From the NCBI GenBank assembly GCA_028715115.1, contig JAQUSN010000001.1:283150-347149 (forward strand): 64,000 nt of DNA. Direction: 5' to 3'. This stretch comes from Patescibacteria group bacterium. Lineage in GTDB: Bacteria; Patescibacteriota; Patescibacteriia; UBA2591; UBA4787. The notes under the pieces are model-generated. The model did not search any database. It worked only from the letters and a program-made list of their open reading frames with translations, and was not told the DNA's origin. A program made the position numbers and the translations under genes. Numbering within the stretch: the stretch's first letter is position 1; each line of letters begins with the position of its first letter. Shown one piece after another: positions 39,675 through 48,758 of the stretch.

Positions 39675-41744
39675 CTATTTAACTATTTTAGCATACTGAC
39701 TCATCACCCACCCTGCTTTATTGGCGACATAATATATCTTATACCAACCATTTTGCTGATCAATCACTGAATAGATTTTTTTATTTAAAATTGATGTGAT
39801 AATTTTACCGCTTAAACTCGGAAGACTTCTAACCCTCAAACCGGGAACAGTTGCTTTTATATTAAATGTCTGACTGTCTGGGGTTGTGTTTATTTGTTCT
39901 GATATTGTTAGATCTGGACCCGTAGGATAAGCACTTAATGTAGCCACATCAACGTCTACAACGTCTTTCCACTTATATCCTCTACCTAAGAACACCGTAG
40001 CGCTTTTAATGGGGCGTTTTTGATTGTTATAAATTAAATAAACACCGGCAGTGCCCTTTACTCTGGCCAGAGTTCCGTTAATTAAATCGCCGACATTTGA
40101 AGATGTTTTACTGCTATCTGCTATAAATAAACTTAAAGAGCCGAGCGTAGTTAAGTCAATATTGTCTAAAATTGAGGACACTCTCGAATAATTATTAGAA
40201 CCTCCGTTATCGTAAGCCATTGGAGAATTGTTAAGCCAACTATTAATTTTATTGATTGATAAAATTCCTCCCATATTGGTAAAATTTCCCAGAAAAACCT
40301 TTGAGGGTATGCCGACGAAAGTACCATTTTTAAGATAAGCGCCGCCCCCCGAATTACCAGAATCAAGAATGGCTTGTGTTTTTAAATAATTACCATCAAC
40401 ACCGCTGAAAGCACCGCTTGTATAGTTTATCTTTGTTCCGAACTTTGCGGGATAACCATAGGTTGTCAAGGTATCGCCTAAACGAAGACTATCACTGTTA
40501 CCCTGTATAATGCTTACAAATGTTAAACTCTTGTTGCCTTGATTTCTTAATTTTAAAAGTGCAACATCGATATCGCTTGAAACTTTATAAATATCAGCGA
40601 TCTGTCTGTCGCCACAATATGGCTCATTGTTGTAGTTATCTACAAAACAAACCAAGCAACCCAGCGTTCCGTCAATTACATGCTTATTGGTTAGTATCGT
40701 CCCCTTTGAATCAATTATCGTTCCCGAACCCTGGCTCGCCATTGTTTTATCAACGGGACAAATGAGTTTAACCGTGGATTTTATTATTAAATTTTGATTA
40801 ACTATTCCTAAGTTTTCTGTTGGTGACTGTAGTGCAGGCTGATTTGGCGCTACACAATATTGCGAGGTTGCAGGAGATGCCGTTTCAGCGGAAGAACAAT
40901 CAAATACTTTATTGCAACTTCTTGTTTGAATTCCTTGGGGTGAACAAGCGCCCCAATTACCGCAAGACCAAGTATCAGCATTGCATGTGGATTCTTGCCG
41001 TGGTGGCGTACAGCTTTGTGAGGTTGATGGTGAGGACGTATAGGCTGTCGGACAATCAAAAGTTTTACTGCAGGTTCTGGACTGCGAACCATAAGAGGCA
41101 CAGGTGCTCCAGTCGCCACAAGACCACGTGTCGGATGTGCACGGCGGAACATAATTACAAGATTGAGTGGTTTCGACTGCTGGGCCAGTGTTAACTGTCG
41201 GACAATCAAATGTTTGTGTGCAGGTTCTATTTTTTGTACCATTTTGTTCGCAGGGTCCAAAATCACTGCAAGTCCAAAGATCATAATAACATACTGGCAA
41301 AAGCCTAATGGATACATCTTTGTTTAAATAAACCCATCTATTTTCCTCGCCGTAATAATAAATAAGTTTAATGTTCTTGATTTCATAGCTCCCTGACGTC
41401 ATAAAAGAATTCGCCCCAAGTGCCCGATAGAGCAACTCATTGGGAACTTTTATCTGTGAATTAGACCACTCCTCAATATTGCCAGTGCCCTGGCCATCAA
41501 GTTCTAGGGCATGACTGCCGCAAGGGGGAAGAAGATTATTTCCATTGATTATTAAGTCTGGTGCCCCCGCCTTGTACCTATCTGGCACGCTATATCCAAG
41601 TCTTATTTCAGTAGGAGTTACGTCTGTGATTTGAGGTGGTAAGTTTTCGTTATAAGCACAATCTGCATAAACAAAACCATGTGGAATTGCAAATAAACTT
41701 AAAATGAATAGGGAAGTTAAAATGATTGTAAATTGTTTTTTCAT
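39675..41744 (-). CDS. Secreted trypsin-like (S1) serine protease with N-terminal Cys-rich repeats and a C-terminal SH3b-like domain
   Basis: Signal peptide. Four repeats of WSCG.W..C...G...R.C...FDCP. Catalytic triad contexts TNKHVIDG (His), DVALLKL (Asp) and DSGNSGGGAY (Ser). C-terminal GWYKIYY...GWV. Confidence 0.6.
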   Translation of the reverse strand: MKKQFTIILTSLFILSLFAIPHGFVYADCAYNENLPPQITDVTPTEIRLGYSVPDRYKAGAPDLIINGNNLLPPCGSHALELDGQGTGNIEEWSNSQIKVPNELLYRALGANSFMTSGSYEIKNIKLIYYYGEENRWVYLNKDVSIRLLPVCYYDLWTCSDFGPCEQNGTKNRTCTQTFDCPTVNTGPAVETTQSCNYVPPCTSDTWSCGDWSTCASYGSQSRTCSKTFDCPTAYTSSPSTSQSCTPPRQESTCNADTWSCGNWGACSPQGIQTRSCNKVFDCSSAETASPATSQYCVAPNQPALQSPTENLGIVNQNLIIKSTVKLICPVDKTMASQGSGTIIDSKGTILTNKHVIDGTLGCLVCFVDNYNNEPYCGDRQIADIYKVSSDIDVALLKLRNQGNKSLTFVSIIQGNSDSLRLGDTLTTYGYPAKFGTKINYTSGAFSGVDGNYLKTQAILDSGNSGGGAYLKNGTFVGIPSKVFLGNFTNMGGILSINKINSWLNNSPMAYDNGGSNNYSRVSSILDNIDLTTLGSLSLFIADSSKTSSNVGDLINGTLARVKGTAGVYLIYNNQKRPIKSATVFLGRGYKWKDVVDVDVATLSAYPTGPDLTISEQINTTPDSQTFNIKATVPGLRVRSLPSLSGKIITSILNKKIYSVIDQQNGWYKIYYVANKAGWVMSQYAKIVK

Positions 41745-42062
41745 AGATTTTGTTGCTTAATTTTTTTGTTAAATTTGCTGGCGAAAATACAAAACCCGCC
41801 GCCAAGCGAGACTTGCGCCTCCTATACCCTTTCGGATATAGACCACGTGTATGGAGCCTGAACGACGGGTTCAGTCAGTATACACGTGGCTTTATTGCCA
41901 TGCCCACAGAGATTCCATGGGTTTAGGCAACTTAATTGTTGATTTTATAATAACATAAAGAAATAAAAAGGGTAGCCCAGTGAATAAATTGTGTAAATTT
42001 TCGGCTTCGTTTAGCTTGACAAATGTAAAAAATGCTATAAAATATAATAAACAAGGTCCAAA

Positions 42063-43031
42063 TTGGACCCTAAAATTAAAATAACAATGAATATGGATGT
42101 CCACGATAGAAAATTTATAGAAAGTCACAATAGCTTATGCACTGATCCAACACGCAAAATTAATGAGAAAATTTTGCGTTGTTTTAAAAAAAATTTATCG
42201 ATTAAAAAACCGACGATTAAAAAGCATCGTGATAAATTAGTTAACTGGATAACCTCTACTACATACCAAAAAGACTTAAACCTAAAAATATTGAGGAATA
42301 ACTTTGAATATTTTAACTACAAAACAAACATCATCTTTTCAGACAAAAAAATAAATAAACCGGGAGTATTTTATTTAGGAAGAAGCTCAACTCAAAGAAT
42401 CTATTGGCAAGCAATTTATAGCAAGCATTATTTTACAAAAAGAATGTTATTAGATGATTTTTTAAAACTTGATTTAGAATATAACAAAAACGATCAAAAA
42501 GAAGGAAGGAATTTAAATAAAATTAAAAATTTTATAGAACAATATAGTGTTTGCTTTATTAACTACCAAAACTTATTTAACTATCAAGATGGACTAGAGA
42601 CTTATTTCGATGTTTTAATTAAAAATTATTTATTTTTTAAAAATTTTTACAAATTATTATTAGAAGATAAAAAATTTCCTTACAAAATAAAAGAGCCAGC
42701 CTTAAAAAGTAAGCATTATTGGCATTGGTATAATAAATATGCAAGATTATTATTCGCCCTTAATGAAGAAAAAATTTTTATCAAGAATGATTGTTTCCTT
42801 CCCCTTAAATGTATAATTAAAGAACCCAAAACCAACATTCCCTTGATAACCGATGAATTCCCATATCTTATAAACCTACTTTATGGTTTCATAATACAAG
42901 AACGAGCTGGACTGGAGAGATGTGGGTATTGTAAGGTATTGTTTGTGAAACGAAGAAAAGACCAAAAAGGATGTTGCCCAAATCATTCAAAATCATTAAG
43001 AGATGAGAAATATAGAGAGAAAATGGCTTAA
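42063..43031 (+). CDS. Hypothetical Lys/Asn-rich protein with a C-terminal Cys cluster (CGYCK...CCPNH)
   Basis: Very AT-rich gene. The likely start is the ATG at 42087/42093. The promoter is TTGACA-16-TAAAAT at 42016-42043. The palindrome GGTCCAAATTGGACC overlaps the start region. Confidence 0.35.
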   Translation: MDPKIKITMNMDVHDRKFIESHNSLCTDPTRKINEKILRCFKKNLSIKKPTIKKHRDKLVNWITSTTYQKDLNLKILRNNFEYFNYKTNIIFSDKKINKPGVFYLGRSSTQRIYWQAIYSKHYFTKRMLLDDFLKLDLEYNKNDQKEGRNLNKIKNFIEQYSVCFINYQNLFNYQDGLETYFDVLIKNYLFFKNFYKLLLEDKKFPYKIKEPALKSKHYWHWYNKYARLLFALNEEKIFIKNDCFLPLKCIIKEPKTNIPLITDEFPYLINLLYGFIIQERAGLERCGYCKVLFVKRRKDQKGCCPNHSKSLRDEKYREKMA

Positions 43032-43155
43032 ATAAAGCAAAAGATTCGATATTAAAACGTCGCTTTGAGCGGCGTTTTTATGTTAATTATTAATTACTTT
43101 ATAATTATAATAATGTTGTATTTTGAAAAATTAAAAGTTATAAAAATTAGAATTT

Positions 43156-43422
43156 ATGAAGCGAGAAATATCAAAACAAAATGATTTTTTTGAAAGTTCA
43201 GATTTAACAATTTGCACCACTCTCTGTTATTTTGGTTATCAAATAGAAACCATTAGCAGACAAATATCGTCTAAGGTTATCTTTTCGATTAAAAAAGATG
43301 AAAAATTAGACGAATTGATTCAAAAATATTGGGCCCATCAACTCTTAGTAGAGCCGATGGCCTTTTTTAATTGTTTAAAAGAAATTAAATCGAGAATTTA
43401 TAGTAGTTTACCGAATAATTAA
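43156..43422 (+). CDS. Hypothetical small protein
   Basis: 88-aa ORF with no recognisable motif. Confidence 0.25.
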   Translation: MKREISKQNDFFESSDLTICTTLCYFGYQIETISRQISSKVIFSIKKDEKLDELIQKYWAHQLLVEPMAFFNCLKEIKSRIYSSLPNN

Positions 43423-43602
43423 TTTTTCACCCCGATGAATCTAAAACAGTCAAACAACAAAAAGAACGACATCGAAATTGAGATAATTTATAATTCTCCG
43501 AAAGAGGGAGCGGATTGTTTATTATCTAAGGCCATAGAGATGATCTTGCCAGAAGAGACTATAAAACAATATTTAAATAATAAAGAATAACATATAAAAA
43601 TT

Positions 43603-44235
43603 ATGAATATGAAATATGCGGAAACCTTGAACAATTTATATCTTTCTAATTTAGAGAAAGAATGGCAGAAATCGTCAATAAGGTATTCAGAAAGACAATG
43701 GGTGGGGGTGTTTCCAGAAGCAAAAGAAATTATTAGAGAAATCATCAAAGGCTTTGAAAAAGAAGAGCAGGAGATTTTAAGCACGATCCAAGAAAACTTA
43801 ACTTTAATTAGAAGTCAAATATCTGGTATATCTCTGTATTTTTGGAGAGAGTGGGTTAAATGTAGCCAGGTTTCGCGGTTAATAGAGATTGAAAAAAAAA
43901 TAGCTGGGCTAAGGGCGGCCATTTCGGAGGGCAAAGCTTTTAAGGGCGAGAAGAACCATAGAATCAATGACGAAGATATTTATCAGGCCCTGCAAACATC
44001 AATAATTGACGTAGCTATTCCTTCTTTAAATCAAGCCAGACAACTCGGAGAAAACTATCTTTCTCTTTGCCCGTTTCACAAGGAAAATCACCCCTCCTTT
44101 TATTTATATGCTTTAACTAATTCTTTTTATTGTTTCGGCTGCGGAGTCGGTGGAAATGTTATTAATTTGGTAATGAAATTGCACAATCTCCCATTTAAGG
44201 AGGCGGTGCGGTTTCTATTAAGAGGACAATTATGA
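43603..44235 (+). CDS. Protein with a C-terminal CHC2 (DnaG-type) primase zinc finger
   Basis: LCPFHKENHPSFYLY...FYCFGCGVGGNVINLVM matches zf-CHC2. No TOPRIM domain is present. Confidence 0.5.
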   Translation: MNMKYAETLNNLYLSNLEKEWQKSSIRYSERQWVGVFPEAKEIIREIIKGFEKEEQEILSTIQENLTLIRSQISGISLYFWREWVKCSQVSRLIEIEKKIAGLRAAISEGKAFKGEKNHRINDEDIYQALQTSIIDVAIPSLNQARQLGENYLSLCPFHKENHPSFYLYALTNSFYCFGCGVGGNVINLVMKLHNLPFKEAVRFLLRGQL

Positions 44236-45599
44236 ATATTAAAATGCCAAGCGAACAAGCGCTTGAACAAAAAATTCAGGAAGTTGAGAAAACGGTTCAG
44301 GAGGTTGAGAGGGATGTCGTTGAGAGGGTTTTGCCAATAGAATTTAAAGGTCAATCGGTAGGAATTGACGAATGGCGAAAAACTATACAAGCCAACTTTC
44401 CTGAGTTGTTTTTCCCCGCAGAAGTGGGTCTAAGCGTTATTGCTCAATTATTAATCAAAGACATAAGCAATCCCTTCGGGATGGTTTATGTCGATGTACC
44501 AAGCTCGGGGAAAACCATAACTTTAAACTTTTTTACTGAGGTTGAAGAATTGGTTTATGCAACAGATAATTTTACTCCCGCTTCTTTTGTCTCCCATGCT
44601 AGCAATGTTAAAAGGGAAGACTTAAAGAAAATTGATCTTCTGCCCAAAATACGTTATAAACTTCTAATTGTTCGTGATTTGGCTCCAATTTTTGGTGCAG
44701 GAGAAGAAGACTTACAAAAGAATTTAAGTACCCTAACCAGAGTATTTGACGGCGAGGGGTTGCAAACTGACAGCGGTATCCACGGTCAGAGAGGATATTG
44801 CGGAGATTATGTGTTTATGTTTTTAGCCGCCTCTACTCCAATTTCTCCTAAAGTGTGGAAGGCAATGAGCAGCTTCGGTTCTCGGCTTTTCTTTTTAAAT
44901 ATGGAAACGAAAGAAAAGGACGACGATACTCTGGCCCAGCAGCTAACTCACAACTCTTGTAAAGAAAAAGAAACAGTCTGCCGAGAAAAAACGGGACATT
45001 TTATTAGAACTCTTTGGCATAAATATTCTGACGGGGTTGATTGGAATAAGGGCAATGACTCTCAAGAATTAAAAAAGATGATTGGCAAAATAGCAAAATT
45101 ATTAGCTAAATTAAGAGGGACGATTAAAGTTTGGGAGAAAAGCAATTTAAGAGATGATGAAAATTTTGACCATCAAATTCCAATAATTGAAAAACCAGAC
45201 CGGATTAACCAGTGTCTTTATAACTTGGCTCGCGGACACGCCTTGGTTTGCGGTAGAGAACAAATTGACGAAAGAGATGTTGCGGTAGCCCTGGAAGTGG
45301 CACTTGATTCTGCCATATCATCAAGGGTCCAGTTGTTTAATGCCCTGTTGGACAATAACGGACAACTAACGACCGATGAAGCTATGGATAGAATTAACTG
45401 CTCTAGGGTTACGGCCCTTAAAGAAATGGAGGCGTTTAAAATACTGGGGTTGGTTGATTTGAAGAATGAAGTTATGGGTATTGGCCGCCCGGAATATGTC
45501 ATAACACTAAAAGAGAAATTTAAGTGGTTTTTAAGTGGAGAATGTAAGAACATAAGAGAGCCAAAGGTCGCAGACACAGGGGTAGATTTACTAAATTAA
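44232..45599 (+). CDS. P-loop NTPase, possible primase-associated or replicative helicase-like protein
   Basis: Walker A-like VDVPSSGKT and Walker B-like KLLIVRD. Translationally coupled to the zf-CHC2 protein (4-nt overlap). Confidence 0.35.
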   Translation: MNIKMPSEQALEQKIQEVEKTVQEVERDVVERVLPIEFKGQSVGIDEWRKTIQANFPELFFPAEVGLSVIAQLLIKDISNPFGMVYVDVPSSGKTITLNFFTEVEELVYATDNFTPASFVSHASNVKREDLKKIDLLPKIRYKLLIVRDLAPIFGAGEEDLQKNLSTLTRVFDGEGLQTDSGIHGQRGYCGDYVFMFLAASTPISPKVWKAMSSFGSRLFFLNMETKEKDDDTLAQQLTHNSCKEKETVCREKTGHFIRTLWHKYSDGVDWNKGNDSQELKKMIGKIAKLLAKLRGTIKVWEKSNLRDDENFDHQIPIIEKPDRINQCLYNLARGHALVCGREQIDERDVAVALEVALDSAISSRVQLFNALLDNNGQLTTDEAMDRINCSRVTALKEMEAFKILGLVDLKNEVMGIGRPEYVITLKEKFKWFLSGECKNIREPKVADTGVDLLN

Positions 45600-45625
45600 T
45601 TAATAAATAAAGTAAATTTACCCCT

Positions 45626-45937
45626 ATGTATACAGAACAACAAATCATTGAAAATCTTAAAAAGTGTCCTTATTTCAATAGATGCTCTCAGAATCTATGT
45701 CCCTTGGACCTGGAACTTCACCTGAGAACAGGCAATAAACAGGATAAATGTCGCTGGATGAGAGAACCCAAGCAAGCAAGGGTCGAAGGTAAAGAGTTCA
45801 TCTCTGGAGGAGGGGTTATGCCGAATGTCCTTTTGAATTTCGTGCCTGAAGCGAATTTAGAGTGGCTCAACCAATCGTCTCAAGAAGCTTGTCGACGGCT
45901 TATTGACCCTGATTCTCACCTGGTATCAGGTAAATAA
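45626..45937 (+). CDS. Hypothetical small Cys-containing protein
   Basis: 103 aa, with CPYFNRCSQNLCP. Confidence 0.25.
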   Translation: MYTEQQIIENLKKCPYFNRCSQNLCPLDLELHLRTGNKQDKCRWMREPKQARVEGKEFISGGGVMPNVLLNFVPEANLEWLNQSSQEACRRLIDPDSHLVSGK

Positions 45938-45957
45938 CAGGTAATAATAATTAAAAT

Positions 45958-46626
45958 ATGACGAATCAACAAGATAACGAATTAAGTAAAATCGAAGAAG
46001 GCACCAAGCCTGTAGTTAAAAAAGAGCTTACGCCAACAGAAATTGATAATTTGAAAAAGTTTTTTTCAGACCCACATACCAGTGAGGAACAACGACTGAA
46101 GGAATACGATGGATTACGAAAAACGAGGCAAAGATCAAAGGAACAAGAAGATAGGAAAGAAAAATTGAGCATGGAGCTTGCAATAATTCACGGATTTGAT
46201 AACGGAATTCTACTTCAGAGTATTGTCGGTGATAAAAGGTGTGGACCAGGACTTATAAAAATGAGACGGGGTTTAATAGAAGAACATCGATGCAAGGCCG
46301 CCTCGGAGTTTATGTTGGTAGATAAAATCGTTACAGCCTACTGGAAAAGTATGCGATACGAGACATTCCTTAATAGGATTATTGAACCAGAGCTAGACAA
46401 ATTTATATTCAAAGAATCCCAAATAAAAATAATTAAAGAAATCCAGAAAGGTATAGAACTAGCTAATCGACAATTTGAAACAAGTCTAACCCTACTTAAA
46501 AGTCTGAAGCAGCCCAAACTAAACGTGAAGGTAAGCGCCGATAATGCCTACATCGCCCAGAACCAGCAAGTTATTAATACAGACGAGATTAATCCTTCTC
46601 CCAAAGAAATCATTAAGGCCAATTGA
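45958..46626 (+). CDS. Hypothetical charged protein
   Basis: 222-aa Lys/Glu-rich sequence. Confidence 0.25.
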   Translation: MTNQQDNELSKIEEGTKPVVKKELTPTEIDNLKKFFSDPHTSEEQRLKEYDGLRKTRQRSKEQEDRKEKLSMELAIIHGFDNGILLQSIVGDKRCGPGLIKMRRGLIEEHRCKAASEFMLVDKIVTAYWKSMRYETFLNRIIEPELDKFIFKESQIKIIKEIQKGIELANRQFETSLTLLKSLKQPKLNVKVSADNAYIAQNQQVINTDEINPSPKEIIKAN

Positions 46627-46641
46627 TTTGGGAACATTTTT

Positions 46642-46932
46642 ATGAAAACTTTAATTGAGCATTGTCAAAAATTAAACATTAACGAACTGGTAAGAAGCAT
46701 TAAGTCAGAGTTAAAAAAGGTTAAACTGCAAGCAAAAATTGATGCCCTGGGGCAGAGAATTGATATAACGACTACGCCCTGCCATTTTGGAAATGAAAGG
46801 ATTTGGTTTGTATGCCCATCCTGTAAAAAGCGAGTGGCCACGCTATATAAACCACCAATGAAAAACGCCCTATTATGCCGAAAATGCCATGATTTGACCT
46901 ATCTAAAGGCACGCTATCACCGAATGGTATAA
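46642..46932 (+). CDS. Hypothetical zinc-ribbon protein
   Basis: CPSCKK...CRKCH, a four-Cys ribbon. Confidence 0.3.
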   Translation: MKTLIEHCQKLNINELVRSIKSELKKVKLQAKIDALGQRIDITTTPCHFGNERIWFVCPSCKKRVATLYKPPMKNALLCRKCHDLTYLKARYHRMV

Positions 46933-47111
46933 ACTTGACTGGATATACCAGGGTGTTATAATAATAACGTTGACCCATGTCCCAAAACATCCCTAAGATT
47001 TTTATTGCCCTGTTGCCCTCAAGGGGGCGGCTATGCCAATGAGGCAATCCTTAGGGAAAGCGGATTTGGGTCAACCATGGCCGCCCCTTTAATTTGTTTA
47101 TAAAAAATTAT

Positions 47112-48758
47112 ATGAAAGTAGCTATTTATGCTCGGGTTTCTACAGAGCACCAACAAGAGCAAAAAACAATTGAATCCCAGGTAGACGAGTTAAGAAGAAT
47201 TTGTAATAAACAAGGAGTCTATATTGTTAGAGAGTATGTAGACAACGGTTGGAGTGGCGAGACCCTGGATCGACCAGAATTGGATAGGCTAAGAACCGAG
47301 GCCTCCCAAGGAATTTTTGAACGAGTTTATTTTTATTGCAACGATAGATTATCCAGGAATCTCTCTAATCAAGGGATTATAGTTCAAGAGTTGGAAAGAA
47401 AGGGTATTGAGGTCTATTTCTATGACAAACCAATAGCCGACACTCCCGAAGGCAGATTTTTATTTCAAATATTGGGAGCTGCGTCAGAGTTTGAGAAGGC
47501 GAAGATTTTAGAACGGACAAGAAGGGGGAAGCTTTATAAAGCAAGAAGAGGGGTGGTGGTTGGGAGCTTGTCGCCATTGGGATTTGAATATATCAAAAAA
47601 ACGAAGGAGAAAGACGGATATTATATAATAAATAAGTCAGAGGCTGAGATTATTAATCTAGTTTTTGATTTATATCTACAATTTGGCAGCGTCAGAGAAG
47701 TGGCCAAAGCATTAACAAATAGAAATGTTAAGCCCAAGAAAGGGAGACATTGGCGTACTAGCACTTTACATAGAATTTTAAGAAACGAGACTTATATTGG
47801 CACCACTTATTTTAATAAATCTTATGCCATTGAAACAAGCACGGTAAAACAAAAATATAGAAAGATAGTTAAAACTGGTAGAAAAATGAGAGATAAAAAA
47901 GACTGGATTCCGATTGCCGTTTCTCCGATAATTGAAAAATCAAAATTTAATGCAGTACAGGTGTTATTGGCAAAAAATCATAGGGCCTTTGTATCTGGAG
48001 GCAATCATTATTTATTGGGTGGATTATTGAAATGCGCTATCTGTGATTCGCCCGTGGGAGGAGAATTAAGCCATGGCCATAGATTTTATCGGTGTAATAA
48101 TAGGCACCGGACATTTCCATTACCAAAGAAATGTAATGCTAAAATGATTGGTGTCGATAAATTAGACCCCGCCGTTTGGGAGTCTGTTACTAGGGCGATA
48201 ATGGATCCTCGCATATTGGTTAAATATATATTAGATAAGACAGAAAAGATTAAAAAGAACGCGGGGTCTTTAAATACAGAGATAGAATCATTACGTCAAG
48301 AAAAGAACAAGGTCAAGGCCAAAAAAGATAATCTATTTGACTTATATGCCGACAGTGGCATTAACAAAGAATCAATTTTAGAGAAAATAAGAAATTATGA
48401 GAAGCAAGAAGAGAACCTAGATAAAAGAATAGCAGATCTAAGTCTTCAGCTAACTCAGAGGGTTGATAGGCCATTACTTATTCAAGATGTTGAATATTTC
48501 TGCGAAGTGGCCCAAGGGAAAATAAAAGACTTCTCTCTTGAAGAGAGGCGCAGGTTCTTAACGTATCTTATAAACAAAATAACCGTTGACTCTATTAAAA
48601 AGAAGGTTATAATAACAGGATATATTCCTTTAACTCAGGCTCAAGAGGGGCCAACGAATTTGACAGAAGTTCTTTCAAATCAATATAATAGGTTGGGCGG
48701 TTATGTTTGTGGTTCTCCGTCTCAACCTTATGGTGGTGTGTTGTCCCCACAGTGTTGA
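47112..48758 (+). CDS. Large serine recombinase (serine integrase)
   Basis: N-terminal resolvase domain MKVAIYARVSTEHQ (catalytic Ser), then a recombinase domain and a zinc-ribbon/coiled-coil region, about 550 aa. It sits at the junction of the element with comM. The ORF-track start at 47094 is also possible. Confidence 0.8.
   Translation: MKVAIYARVSTEHQQEQKTIESQVDELRRICNKQGVYIVREYVDNGWSGETLDRPELDRLRTEASQGIFERVYFYCNDRLSRNLSNQGIIVQELERKGIEVYFYDKPIADTPEGRFLFQILGAASEFEKAKILERTRRGKLYKARRGVVVGSLSPLGFEYIKKTKEKDGYYIINKSEAEIINLVFDLYLQFGSVREVAKALTNRNVKPKKGRHWRTSTLHRILRNETYIGTTYFNKSYAIETSTVKQKYRKIVKTGRKMRDKKDWIPIAVSPIIEKSKFNAVQVLLAKNHRAFVSGGNHYLLGGLLKCAICDSPVGGELSHGHRFYRCNNRHRTFPLPKKCNAKMIGVDKLDPAVWESVTRAIMDPRILVKYILDKTEKIKKNAGSLNTEIESLRQEKNKVKAKKDNLFDLYADSGINKESILEKIRNYEKQEENLDKRIADLSLQLTQRVDRPLLIQDVEYFCEVAQGKIKDFSLEERRRFLTYLINKITVDSIKKKVIITGYIPLTQAQEGPTNLTEVLSNQYNRLGGYVCGSPSQPYGGVLSPQC

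Larger units (their letters stand above)
31208..48757. mobile_element. Integrated element of about 17.5 kb in comM, bounded by imperfect inverted repeats, with a large serine recombinase at its right end
   Basis: comM is split at 31207/48758. The terminal inverted repeats are ACAACATCCCACCAATGG (31208-31225) and CCTTATGGTGGTGTGTTGT (48726-48744). The recombinase stop codon overlaps the ATG of the comM remnant. Confidence 0.7.
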
